Source: Amphiscolops sp. MND2022 (lineage: Eukaryota). From it: 64,000 nt of DNA. Under the pieces are notes generated by a model. The model did not search any database. It was not told where the DNA came from and saw only the letters and a program-made list of their open reading frames with translations. Location of the stretch: assembly GCA_964187785.1 (NCBI GenBank), contig OZ076410.1, forward strand, positions 49,848,001 to 49,912,000. The letters are read 5' to 3'. Positions 1-11,985 of this stretch are shown one piece after another; the first letter of the stretch is position 1; each line of letters opens with the position of its first letter. The position numbers and the translations under genes are program-made.

Positions 1-3
1 ACC

Positions 4-1300
4 GTGTCTAAACTTACTGCCATTTCAGGGGATACGGCAAAAGCGACGGAGACGCCAAAAAAGAAAACTTTGACACGTGCAAAAGATTCAGTACTGAAAG
101 TTGAAATTGAGAAAGAACGAAACGTGCAAGCGAGCGATGAGAAGCAAGATACGCGACAGCCAATCAAAACGAAGCACGGTCGAGTTAAGAACAACGCGGC
201 AGAAATCAGTGGTGCGTATAATCTTGAGAAAGGCAGTGTAAACAAATTTAACATGAGCGAAGCAATTGACAAAATTAATGAAGCGATTCTTCGGGCAAAC
301 TATGAAGCCGACAAACAACTTCAAAAAATCATCGCCTTAGTAAAAACAAGGGAAGGGGAAAAATTTCGAGACTGCCATCCCCTTGGAGAGAGAAATTTAA
401 TTCACTAAGCGTAGATGAGAGAAATTTCCTATTCCTGGACAATCGCCTGGCAATTCCGCAAAATCTTCGAGCCTCAATTATGAGCGCATTACATTATGGC
501 CATCCCGGAAGGGACACCATGTTACGTGGCATCGCTGACATTCGGTGGCCCAAATGTCACCGAGAAGTAATTAATACAGCAAAATTCTGCGAAGATTGTA
601 GCAAAGCAGGTAAGAACGTTAAAGTACTTCAAAAACAGAGTGAATTTGGGAAAATTCCGCGTTCAATAGCACCGAATGAGGAAATCGCCATCGACTTCGC
701 TGGCCCGTTCCAAAATGCAAAGCAAGGGAAAAAATATCTGCTTGTATCATTAGATAATTTTTCAGCTTGACCGGACGCATTGTTTTTAGAAAAACCAACA
801 ACAAAGAAAGTGATAAAATTTTTAGAGAACTATATGACACAGTATGGGGTTCCAAAGAGTATACGGTCGGATCCGGGGACGGTATTTATGAGCAACTCTT
901 TTAAAAATTTCTGTCAACAATTCCATAGTAAACATGTAATTTGTCCGGTGATGGATCACCGCGGGAACGGCAAGATCGAAAGGTTGATTAGGACCATCAA
1001 CGAACGCTTGCGCACGAATAAAAACATAATCGTAAAAAAGGACAACTCCGGGTTATCTGAAATTTTATATGCGTTGCGCACAGGAAAGAAAGCGGATGGG
1101 AAATCACCTTTTGAAAAACAATATGGAAGGGAACCAAATACCGTCAAAAGTAACAATGTTAGTGAATTATTAGCGAATTCAAAGGGTGAATTTAGAACAG
1201 GGCAGCAAGGTAACGTTCTCGACGTCGGACTTTGAAGAAGAAATCGACTCCACCATCCTGGTGAGAGAACGCACTCGAGGCAGTAAATTGGACGTTCACT
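4..1300 (+). pseudogene. pol: Ty3/Gypsy pol 3' half (tether + integrase), disrupted by stops and frameshifts
   Basis: H2C2 zinc-binding motif (HYGHPGRDTML...CEDC); DDE core pieces IAIDFAGPF, IRSDPGTVF, GNGKIERLIRT; TGA at 768 and a frameshift near 1200. Confidence 0.92.
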
Positions 1301-1393
1301 AAAAAGCGAGGCCGGATACTGGAGGAGACGGATCACACCATCAGCTTCCTACCGCAAGGGAGGAAGAAGGCCACTAAACTGGCCAAAAGTGAT

Positions 1394-1843
1394 GTGGCAA
1401 GAGCCAATAACCCTCCGGAGGAAGGGAGACAGATGAAGAAAATCGAGGAACCACAGAAACCAGTCGACTTCGCCATGAACGAGGAAATGTCGGAAGACGA
1501 AACACCATTCCCACGGTCACGGGTATCGAGCGAGATAACACCGATCGAAACGAACCTTGAGTCGGAACGAGAGATATCCTCAGAAGATGTCAATCAACCG
1601 GATGAAGAACCTTGCTGTTCAAAATCAGCACAAAAGAAAAAAGTAGCCAAAACGAGCACCAAGGTGAAAGAAGCGAAAGTGGAAAAACCTGTTGAAACGC
1701 CACTTCCTCAAGAAAAGGCAAATAGACATCGACGCCCTACCCAACGTTATGGCATCGATGTAGTCAAGGCCGTGGAAGATGGAGAAGAGAACATTAATGA
1801 AAACAACCAGTTAAAACGAAAAAGCAAAAACCCGAAACAATGA
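1394..1843 (+). pseudogene. Low-complexity E/K-rich C-terminal tail of the same Gypsy integrase
   Basis: Follows the integrase directly and ends with an RRPTQRYGID-type tail typical of Gypsy integrase ends. Confidence 0.6.
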
Positions 1844-2091
1844 AGATTAGTCAACATTTACACTAAAAACCTCGTAATCAGTACGGAGCTACATTTATAC
1901 ATTTACAGTATTAACAATTACATTTACAGTTATTGAAATTAACAAACTGAATTTATTACATTACATTAACCCCAACTTAACCTAACATAACCCTACAGTG
2001 CAGTAATTAACTTTCAATTGAACCCTAACATGAATCGTGATAATTACATACTAAACATTTGTAATCCCTAAACTTCCTGTCGTCAGTTAAT

Positions 2092-2102
2092 AAAAGGGGG
2101 AG
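2092..2102 (+). promoter_or_regulatory. Polypurine tract (PPT)
   Basis: AAAAGGGGGAG immediately before TGTGATATAG. Confidence 0.8.
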
Positions 2103-2310
2103 TGTGATATAGTGAGAACAATGTCGAACAGACATATTTGTAAACATATTACTAACACCTGTTAACAGAATTATAGACCTTTAACTTATCATTTGAAAAG
2201 CTGCTGTTGCCAAATACATTACTTCTTAACGTCTACATTTTACATTCAACGATCATAATACATTCTTCAACATTCAAACAATTTCTTTAATAACACTTCA
2301 ACAAACATCA
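2103..2310 (+). repeat. 3' LTR of the first Gypsy element (right end approximate)
   Basis: Begins TG right after the PPT; CA-ending candidate AACATCA at 2310. Confidence 0.6.
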
Positions 2311-2319
2311 AAATTTGGA

Positions 2320-3430
2320 TATTGCGCATCATTTTTGAACCCCCATCTCTTCTTTAATGAAACGCAACTTGCTTTGAATATGTCGTCAAAAACTTAGATA
2401 TAGCGTGCTTACTTCTAGGCCAAGTAAGTGGCTGTTAGAAGTTACTGAAATATTCATTTTCAATTAAATCTGTTCACTTCGCGGCTGTTAAAAAACCACT
2501 GGTATAGCCGGCTTTTCTTCGTAAGCAAAGCACCGACTAAGAATGTTAGCCATCTGAATTTTGTTCCGATAAGGCCCAATTTGGAACCAAGGTCACTTAA
2601 TTTGAAAACCTCGTCAATGCTGGAAATATTGAACACAATGGGAGGATTTTTATAGGGGTGTTCAAATGTTCAGACCGCTGATTATCAGCTTTCGTTAACG
2701 ACGCCCCGCTTGGAGCTCCAAAATGTCTTTAAAATTTTATCTGGACCTGTTTTGGGAGGCCCTTAAAGGAGACTTTTAGCTCATTGGAAATCTTTTGAAT
2801 CAGGAATATGAAACACACAGAAGGGACCTTCTGTTGAAATAACGTTTTGCAATAGTAGTTACATAAAAAAGTTGAAATCTTTGGCCCTGTCCAATTTAGT
2901 AACAGGTAAAAATGCAATAAATGATCAAAGACGACCCTTAGAATGCTTTATAATTACAATGGCGAAGTTGGTAATAAATCCTTTCGTAATGAAGTCTGTA
3001 AAAAGTGAATCCTTCAGACTGAAAAAACTTCAGGTACAAAATCAGTTGATTGGATATGCAATGTACAAATTTTAAGGCTTTCAAAGAAAGAAGGGACACT
3101 TGCAAAACATCCAATAACTGATAAAGGTGCCAAAATAGGAAAATAGGCTCAATTGGCTTAGGAAAAGAGATTATAATTATCAAAAAGGTATTTTGGTCTT
3201 TTAGTCCAATTTTGTCTTTGTTTTTTGATCATCAGATGTAAGTCACGGGCAAAACTTTCAACTGCATTCAGCTGCTCAAACTGCGGCTTTTACATACCGA
3301 ATTTACATTCTGCACATACTCAAGTTGGACGAAGGAAAAAGTTTCTAGGAAACTTCATCATTTTATCACTTTCTTCTGAAATTTTAGCTTGGGCTGAAAT
3401 ATCTTTGGGACTTTTAGCTGAAGTTATCTG
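2320..3430 (-). pseudogene. Possible highly decayed Penelope-like retroelement ORF
   Basis: Minus-strand fragments FEQLNAVESFARDLHLMIK, YKNPPIVFNISSIDEVFK and a WF(N)xP-like piece resemble Penelope-like RT-flanking motifs in the expected order; no catalytic motif recovered. Confidence 0.3.
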
Positions 3431-4329
3431 AATAACTCTTGATTATCTTAACTGAATACAAATCAAAGACGGAAAACATCAAAAGTAGCGCGCTTCGATA
3501 CAAAACGCGCCGACCAAGATAGGTGGAACTATATAAGGGCCTTTTCTATCTGAGTAACGACACCGACTCCAAATAGTGAAAGCAAAATAAAACCAAAATC
3601 CACGAGTCGCCACATACACCAAATAACAGAAAAACTAGCAATTTTTTTGCTAGTTCTCAGATCTCTTTTTTCATTACATTGGAGAAATTAGTAAATGGTT
3701 AAGTTACTCGCGATGAGCGAAACCGACCCACTTTGACTGTGAAGTCCTCTCTGCATAGAAGCGCCGGCAAAACAACATCCAATTGTTTTCTCTATTTAAA
3801 ACATTTGATGAGTGAAGAGGTCCTTGCCAACAAAAACTTCGTGAAAGTAACGACTCAGTTATACTAACTACTGTTACTTTCTTTTTCATTCCTTTTCTTC
3901 TTTTCCTCAGATTTTTATGGTTTCTCAAATACCAATCGATATACACGGGAAGGTTCATCAGGAAAAAAACCAGTGTGATTAATATGCATTTTTTCACGTT
4001 GGGTAACTTCCACGAAATGTCTTCTGGTACTTTGATCAATGAACTTTTGGAGCTATAGCTACACTTGCATTCTGCCAGTTTTTGGGACTTTCTAGGAGGA
4101 ATGACACAATCACAATGGGGCCCGTCGCATCCCACGTGACGACAGTCCAGAGGCTGAACGTCAAAAATCTTTGATGAAAACCTGAAAAACATTGAAAACT
4201 AGTGATTCAAATTGACATCTTATTCATACTATAAAATTTGCACTATATATGTTCAAATACTTCCCATAGTCTCGCAAAAAAATGTACACGCTGCAAGTAA
4301 GACGCATATTGTAGGGTACGTTTCAACGG

Positions 4330-5280
4330 GATTAACCACAAAGCAAATTGTCCAGAAACTGTTATCAGTCAGCCATGAGACAGTGACCCGTTAGCGCACT
4401 GAGCATTCCAATGGCTATGCAAAGCCAATATAGGTTGGCCTCCAAATTTAATTGTTTATGACAACAGAAAACTATCAGGACATGTTTCTAGAAAGCTCGA
4501 CACAGCTGCTAATGCGGCTCGTTAGCTCTCAAGAACATGGGAAGCCCAAATGCACCGTGAATCTATTCGGTGAGTACTCAGAAAAGATATGTTGAAAAAA
4601 ACAAAAGGAGTTGATTTGAAAAAGACCAAAAACAAATATTTGATCAGGTGCAAAGTACTTTAAAATACGGAGGGTAGAGACATGTTATGGAGCTATATGA
4701 TATCATTAGGAACCGGCTAGGCCTGTAAGTTATAAGGAAATGTGACGAAGGTCTCAGCTGCTTTCAAAATTAGAACGGCGTCTTTATGAAACCTGCAAAA
4801 CTTCGCGGCTCAGAATTGCCGCCAAATTTAGGATGCATCTTACAGGCAGCTTGATAAATTTAAATTGCATCAGTGAAGTTTTAATGCATGGAGGTTTCCT
4901 TGAAAATTTTATAAAATCATGAAAAATTAGCTTGGTAACCTACAAAAACTTGTAAAAAGTTCAAGCAATTCCAAACAGGGAACAATGGAACACTTCGAAT
5001 TAGGAACACATTTGAAATAACTTTCCAACAAGATAAGGACCCTAACTAGGCTAGCAAAGGACTGGTTCGTGTAAAATAAAATAACACTTGTGGACCGTCT
5101 ACAATCACCGGGTATGAATCTATTTGAAACCTATGGCAAACATTGGAGCATCAATGCGACTGTTTCTGCAACCATCTCGGAACGTTCCTGAGCTGTGAGA
5201 ATGGTTTCAAGCGAATGGAGCAAAATACTAGTTGAGATATTTCCTATTAAGAGCATTCCAGGAAATTATACTGATGATAG
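4330..5280 (+). pseudogene. Decayed Tc1/mariner transposase
   Basis: HTH-like LSVSHETVTR, then FQQDKDP (FQQDND motif) and QSPGMNLFE/NLWQTL (SPDLNPIENLW-like); interrupted at ~4745-4870 by a fragment of the foldback repeat family. Confidence 0.65.
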
Positions 5281-5859
5281 TTTTTTTGAGTAAATTGCTT
5301 GTGAGTAGAAAAATTCAAACTTTAAAGCATAAATCAACACAGTCGCCAATATCAAGCAGTTTACTAGTGTAAAGTCTGCAGCTTTTTATTTTTTTCAACT
5401 TTTATTGTTAGTTTTGTGAGGCATTGCAGTTACATTGCTCAGAAACTGCTGAAATTGTCGGAACAAAAAGTTCAGCGTTTGAAATCTTTTGTTATATTTG
5501 TTCGTTAAACGAATTAGGATGGAAGGCGTGCAATCATTTTCTGAAGGCGTATCAACAGAATATACCAAAACAAGTGCGGTGTCACGCCAAATCTTGTTGA
5601 ATTAACTTTCACTCAAAGCTGGTAGCTCTGCAGAGGAATTCCTACAGTTAAACTTCCTGCTAAAACTTTGATGTGCAGCTTTTTTCATCGGTTGAAGATA
5701 TTGCTTTTTTGTTAGCCCTCTGTGAATTGTGATGCGGACTAACTGCAGGTGTCCGTGTTGCTCTTTAATTCATCCGAAGTGACAAAATAGCAGGCCAAAT
5801 GTTCTGTTACATGGAAGCATAGCCAAGAAAGGTGGTTTTAAAGAGTGTTTCCAGACAGA

Positions 5860-6545
5860 AATTCGAAAAATTTATCCGACGATTAAGTTAGGTATTTTCA
5901 ACTTCCCAAGTCGAGAGTGCTGAAGCGTTTTACATGCATGCAGGGTTACTTTTATAAAACTTAAAAAAATCAATAGGCTTCAGGTGGTAATTCTAAAAGG
6001 ATTACACTGCAGTTTGCACTATTGCAATTAATATTGAAAAAAACGTACACTTCGTTGCCATGCTTTTGGGGTAGAATTTGTCTCGCAGCCACAGTTTCTA
6101 TTCATGAACGACTTAGCTAGTCTTGAGAAAACACCACACTTTAACGAAGAGTGCCAAGTTTTACCGCCAGAAAACGAATTCAATGAGAAACACCGCGTTC
6201 TGTAAACGAAATTGAACTGTTTTGTAAGCCACAGGTACCACTAGTTCACCAGATGAGAATAAAAATAAATCATAGCCGAGTCCAGACTGCTGGAACGTTT
6301 TCCGAACTGCAGTCCTGCATGCAGGATAATTTTTTATGAAACCTAAAAATTTCAGGAGTTTTCTAGTGGTAACTCTTGTAGAATTACACTGCAGTTTACA
6401 CTTATGTGACTAAAACTGGAAACTCTCTTCACTTCGTTGCCGACACGATCACTTTGTATTCACACTTTGTTTTCTCAACTACTCATGCGATGTGATCTCT
6501 GTTTTTTAAATAGCACGCTGAAGATACGGCAATTTGCAGTTTATA
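5860..6545. repeat. Two direct partial copies of the dispersed repeat that forms the 28.2-29.2 kb foldback
   Basis: Shared blocks (tgcatgcagg...ttttataaaactt...gattacactgca; ttgtattcacac...tactcat) with 28650-28920. Confidence 0.75.
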
Positions 6546-7712
6546 ATGTGCCTGACCAATGGCAGTGCACCGGTGCTCACCGATGTTCCACCGAAGTCCC
6601 ACCGCTCTAAAATATTACAAAGCTCTAAAATTGTTTACAAAACTGATTCTGAAATGTTTTCACAAATTTAATAATATTTGATCAAGCGTTTTTGATTTTC
6701 TCCAAAATCACTCGGGTTTCGAGCTAATTTATTTTCAGTCCAAACCATTTTTCACAATCAGGGGTCCAATTCATTTATTACAGTATGGTATGTGTTCACG
6801 CCGGCGTACGCCGACATTCATCGGCGTGAACGGCGTGGAGGTCAACCAAGTCAGCGGCGGCGCGTCGCGCACCTCTACTTGGTTGTGCTCGAGCTTAGTT
6901 GCTAAACTGATTCAGGGCGGAAAATAATTCGCTGCACTGCTGACGCCAAAAACAAAAAAAACTTGACAAATGGCACTGACATTTTCCCAATTTTTTATGA
7001 ATCAAATAAACACACAAACCATTTTCATCAATTAAAAATTCAATCATTGATTGATTTCCACTGAGTTTGGTTATTGTTATATATCTCACTTTAAGTAACT
7101 TATTATTATGTGTGCTGATACGTCACTTTTTTGGGGACTGCTGTTGTCTCGACGGTGTCAAGTTAAAATAGCGCAAGCAAAACATTGGCGTAATTTTTTC
7201 AAAGCTTCATTTCTCCACGAATAAAAGCCGCCGGTCAAATTAGTTTTCTGTTCCTGAAGGCCCTTTACCTGAGCTTTCAAATGCACACTTTTTAGATTCA
7301 CCGGGCCTTTCAAATGTCGGTTGACCTCATAACTGAAGCTTTATTTTTAAAAAATTTATATGCGTTTTCAATGGTGGCCTACTCTGTTACTAGAGTGGGA
7401 CAGTAACTTAGCAAACAGTTTCTCAGTTATTGAGAATAAGCGAATTTTCTGAAATGTACTGATTTGAAACTTTTCATTTTTTTTCAGTTAATTTTTTGCC
7501 AGCGGCTCGGAAAGAAAATTTTATTGACACAAATAACAATTCACCCTAGATAGTCCATTAGATTGTCGATAAGAAAGACAAGTTTTCGTTTTCTTCTATG
7601 CTTTTTGCGTTTCGTAATTTATTATTGATAGCAAAAAAATCGCTGTCCTCATTTGCGGACGAAATCACTCTCAAGGTTATACCGATTATGCCTTTATCGT
7701 TATGCGTGGTAC

Positions 7713-7965
7713 TGGCAGTTTGAGCGTCTGGTAATTTGACCATCTGGTAATTGGACTAGGTGGTTTTATGACTGTTGTAGCTTGACTGATATGAAACTCA
7801 GTTGCAAACAATGAAGGTTGAAGGTTATATGATGCAGTACGTACTGGAGTTAATTCAGTTCTTTTAAAACTGATTCTTTTCATTGAGATATTTAGGCAGG
7901 TATTTAAATATTGTTAGCATCATTTCAAGTACACGTTTACAAACAAAACGGTGATCTCTATTACA
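7713..7965 (-). repeat. 3' LTR
   Basis: Aligns with 10584-10879; preceded on the minus strand by PPT AAAAGGGGGA. Confidence 0.85.
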
Positions 7966-8081
7966 TCCCCCTTTTACCGGAAAGGGTCAATCAACAAAAA
8001 ATAACACTTCAATCTTATGTGCACTCAATGTGTACTCGTAACTCTATTTGTAATGTGCATGAATGTACAAATCTTTACAGA

Positions 8082-8520
8082 TTACTGGAACACTGTCACA
8101 ACTTTGCAACATATCTTTGCATACCTTTTCGGTTTGTCCAATTTGTCTGATACGACAGTAATGGTGGGGGCAATCTCCTTGTTCACCATGGCTGCTTTAC
8201 GGTCAAACAGTCCTTCCACTTTCGAGCCGCTTGTTCGCGAACTAACACAGTTGAGTCTGTGCTCTTGGAAATCAGATGGCTCAATTTGCAGACTGGGGTC
8301 ACCTTCTGAAACATCCAAAAAGTCCGCAATTTCATTAGACTTCACTGTTTTTGTGGCTCTCCCCAACTGTTTGTCAAACGGCGACTTTCCATCTTTTTTC
8401 TGACTTCTTCGGAGCTCATTCACAAATTCTGATAGCCCTGATTTGTCTTTCGTTACTACGTTTTGTTTATTTGCGCTCAACCGTTCCTTATCGGCGTATT
8501 AACAGTTCTACTCTAACATT
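8082..8520 (-). pseudogene. pol: Integrase C-terminal remnant
   Basis: DKSGLSEFVNELRRSQKKDGKSPFDKQLGR...VKSN is clearly homologous to the 780-1235 integrase segment. Confidence 0.85.
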
Positions 8521-8813
8521 TCTCCTGTGATCGCGCTCTGGAGAGGTTACGTGTTTCCTTCCGAAATGGTTTCAAAATTGCGTTCGTTGGTCACAAAAAA
8601 CGTTCCCGGATCAAAAGACGATAAAGACACCATTGACTTCTGTGTTGAATCTTTTGAATACTATCTCATATTCTTCTTTTCATAACCATTCAGCAGCTAT
8701 TTTCGAAATCGTTCTGAATTGGCAACTAATTACTGATGAGTTCGGAACAAGCCTATTAAATTGATTAACCGCACTGAAAATGAACTCAATTGCTTTAAAT
8801 TTCTTGGTCTTGA

Positions 8814-9110
8814 TTAATTGTTTACTCCAAGAGCTTGTAGATGTAGTTCTGTATAATTGTAACCTAGCCAGTCTACAGTGAGTGACATCTTTATCTGCTT
8901 TCTATTGTAAGTTTGCCTCTCGTTCAGTACTTTCATAACTTCTCTCACTTTTTTTAAATGTTCAATTTTGGTTCCATTTGTTACAATTAAACAGTCGTTC
9001 AATACACTATTTATATTTACAAAGATGAGTTCCATCAATTTCTGAAAACCTGAAGTCAATACTGTAAGGCCGTAACATCATGCTGTAAAACGATACGTTC
9101 CAGTGGACTT
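8814..9110 (-). pseudogene. pol: Reverse transcriptase remnant
   Basis: GTYRF..YGL..FQKLM...LNDCLIVTNGTKIEHLKKVREV...VDWLGY (RT motifs 4-7, YxDD eroded). Confidence 0.85.
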
Positions 9111-9899
9111 ATCCCCAACTATTTGAAGTTTACAACGTTTCTTTTTTAGCTCATGCAACGGTCCCTATCCATTTGCATACGTCATTTCCAAGTCTCTCCT
9201 TCTTCTTTCTCTAGTGTCTCTGCTATCATGTCTACTAGTTTTTCTAGACTGGACATTTGATATTGAAACACTCAATGCTCGCGCGTCTGAAGGATTAATA
9301 ACAGAGTTGTCCTTTTGTTTCAGTTTACACCCTTGGTGGGGTAAAAACAACATCTTGGATTTTTTCTTCGCGTTCAAAAAGGCTTTCGTTTAACAGTTTT
9401 TCACTTTCTTGGACACTTGATCGTGTAAGTAAATTTGTACTCTTCGATCCTTCTGTTGTGAAATTTTCGTATTCTCTTTCCTGTTAATTTTGACTGCGTC
9501 ATTTTTCACTCGACCTTCTATTTTAAATAAATTAGGGAACTCCCCAATAAATTGCTGAACCTGGATACTTATCGTTCTAGGAAATTACATCATTTCCCAA
9601 TCTATCATTTTTAACGCTTGAGTAGGTCGTTCACAGTCACCACTTTTCATTGGTCGTTTCATTGGTATCGAAGGGCAATTAGCCAATCACATCCTACTAT
9701 TGATTACTGGATTTTGGAGCTACAAGTATCCTCCAAAAGGTGATACCTTTGCCACCGCTACTTCTGAATGAACGAATTCCCCCAGCAGTTTGAATGGTCG
9801 TTTCTTGTAGGCTACATATTGTTTGCCTTCAATCGTCTCTTGCACAGCTACCATTCTTTCGCCAATGATCTGCTGAAGATCTCTTTTTTAATGAAAATC

Positions 9900-10546
9900 G
9901 AATCTGGTGATCCAGTGTCAATTTAGGCATTGAACTACTTTCCACACATTAGTCCTTCTATGTAGAATGACTCGTGTTTTTTTCCATCCAAACGTAACAC
10001 TAATTGCTCTTCTTCATCAAAACTTTCTTCTACTGAATCTTCATCGTCAATGTATTTACTCTGCGCATTTGATTATCCCTTGATTGCAATTTTTGCACCA
10101 TTTCTTCCGGCCAGTGGGACTCCCCACATCTGAAGCACTCGCTTTGGTTAGTTGTTTCCACTGCAATTACCGGTTTACTCTTCAGAGTTGTCTTTGGTGT
10201 ATCAGCATTTTGCGTTCCATACGTTTTTTAACTTTTTACTCCTTCTTCAATGTCGATCGCAAGTTTTAGGGCTTGTTCAGCTTCCTTAGGTTAGGTGCAT
10301 ACTTTTCTTGAACTTTCTTCTTCTTGATGTGTAAATTGAACACGTGTCTCGTGTTCTATTGCTTTTCTTCGGGAAGAACTCGTCGCACATCTTGATCAGC
10401 TCTTCCACTTTCAGTGCCCACAGCGTGGAATGGGGAAATTTGTCTCCGAACTGCTTTCTGGCATCCTCGCCTAGGGATAAGTACATAACACGTACCACCT
10501 TTTTGTTGGCAGGATCTTCATCCAAATTCCCCATAATTGTTCGCAA
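9900..10546 (-). pseudogene. gag: gag (with Zn-knuckle remnant) and aspartic protease remnant
   Basis: ORF 10286-10546 gag-like; CFRCGESHW knuckle ~10100-10140; IDTGS protease motif ~9910-9925. Confidence 0.8.
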
Positions 10547-10583
10547 CTTAGAATGAATCCATCCATTTGTCCCACTCCATTAT

Positions 10584-10879
10584 TGGCAGCATGCTAGAAG
10601 ACTGGTAATACCACAAGATGAGATAACGAAGAGGATTGGATCGTCGCTGACGAAAGTTTTTTGGCTTGACTGATATAAAACTCGATTGAAAACAATGAAG
10701 ATTGAATGTTGAATTGATGCAGTACGTATTGGAGTTGATTCATTGTTTTCAAACTGATTCTTTTCATTGAGATCCAAGTTAGGCAGGTCTAATTGAGATC
10801 TAATTTTAGGCTGGTATCTAATTAATGTTAGCATTATTTCAAGTACATGTGTACAAACATTACAGTGATCTCTACTACA
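10584..10879 (-). repeat. 5' LTR
   Basis: Homologous to 7713-7965 with an extra ~22-bp internal duplication. Confidence 0.85.
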
Positions 10880-10983
10880 ATGACCTCTGGCAATTGGTCC
10901 TCTGGTAGTAAAACCTGTAACCATCTCAATCATAACAAATCTTGATAGTATGTCAAACACAGGCAATGTCACTGTGAAGGATA

Positions 10984-11047
10984 CTACTGTTGGTTTCGCA
11001 AATCATTCAGTGATTTGAGATTCTTGTTAGGATTCAAATCAAGATTC
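10984..11047 (-). CDS. Candidate terminal exon 4 of the Ig-like gene
   Basis: Long pyrimidine tract plus AAG acceptor; phase-2 frame continues to TAG at 10984; weakest exon of the model. Confidence 0.3.
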
Positions 11048-11226
11048 CTTGAAGAAAATGAAGATGTTCGTGTGAAGAAAGAATAAACAAGATTTAATCA
11101 AGATACTGACGAGTGAACGTGAATGTTTAACAATATTCAAGATCCAGACAAAAGTCTCAAAATATTGTTCGCTGTTTTTGCGTTGCTGGTTTTTGCTCAA
11201 AATGCTATGATGTGTCTCAAGCAAAC

Positions 11227-11419
11227 CTTTGGGCTTCAAGATGGAAAACAACTTCAGGTCGACATTTGTATATTCCCGATGTTCGCAATGTCAATTTCTT
11301 GATGGTCAACATTCTGTCTTTAGCTAGAAGATAGTTCCGGTCATTCGTTCCCACGGGAATGACCAGTCCTTCCGGATTCAAAAAGACGGCATTCACTTTA
11401 GAAGTATCCAGCCCAATTC
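11227..11419 (-). CDS. Exon 3 of Ig-like domain gene (second half of Ig fold)
   Basis: TTCTTCAG acceptor in phase 1; encodes VFLNPEG...LTIKKLTLRTSGIYKC matching the Ig L-x-I-x-x-L-x-x-x-x-S-G-x-Y-x-C motif; putative AG|GTTTGC donor. Confidence 0.7.
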
Positions 11420-11820
11420 CTGAAGAACTTTCCAGTGTTGATTTGCGAGGCAATTTATAAAGCAGAAGAGGGAATTTTCAGAAGAAAAGTTTATAAAATG
11501 GTTTCATCCATTACAATATCGTTGCATCATATGAGATGAATTAAAAATGAATTCTGAAAAATTTTTGACTGAATCAAGTAGTTTAGATCATTATGGTTCC
11601 AAAATATTGCCTACGTTTGTCCAGGAAGTTTCCTTATCCCGAATGACTTCTTTAAGATTTTTACGAGGACAAGAAAAAATGAACGAAAAGATACGATAGT
11701 ATCTTTTAAGTTAGTGACTTTCCAGTGTAAAAACAGGATTTCTTGAATTTCTTGACACAATTTTGCAAGATCTTGCAAATTCGTGGATTTCTTGGTAAGA
11801 ATCTTGACAACTGGGTTTAC

Positions 11821-11985
11821 CTGAGCATTGAAGATTAATAGCTTGTCCAAAAGGACCGAAAATTCGTTCTGTTTTTGATTGGGTTTCTACATCTTCGTCC
11901 ATCTCATTGGCCAATGAAGCAGTTGGTCGTTTTTCGTGTGGGTCCCATTTTGAAGCGCTTTGATTTGACGCGACATGCACATCAA
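11821..11985 (-). CDS. Exon 2 of Ig-like domain gene (first Cys of Ig fold)
   Basis: TTTTAG acceptor, CAG|GTAAAC donor, 165 nt phase 1-1; encodes FGPFGQAINLQCSG, which joins in frame to exon 3. Confidence 0.7.

Larger units (their letters stand above)
7713..10879 (-). mobile_element. Internally deleted Ty3/Gypsy LTR retrotransposon
   Basis: Two homologous LTRs (7713-7965, 10584-10879) starting TGTA(A/G)TAGAG, PPT at 7966-7975, and gag, protease, RT and integrase remnants in order. Confidence 0.9.
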
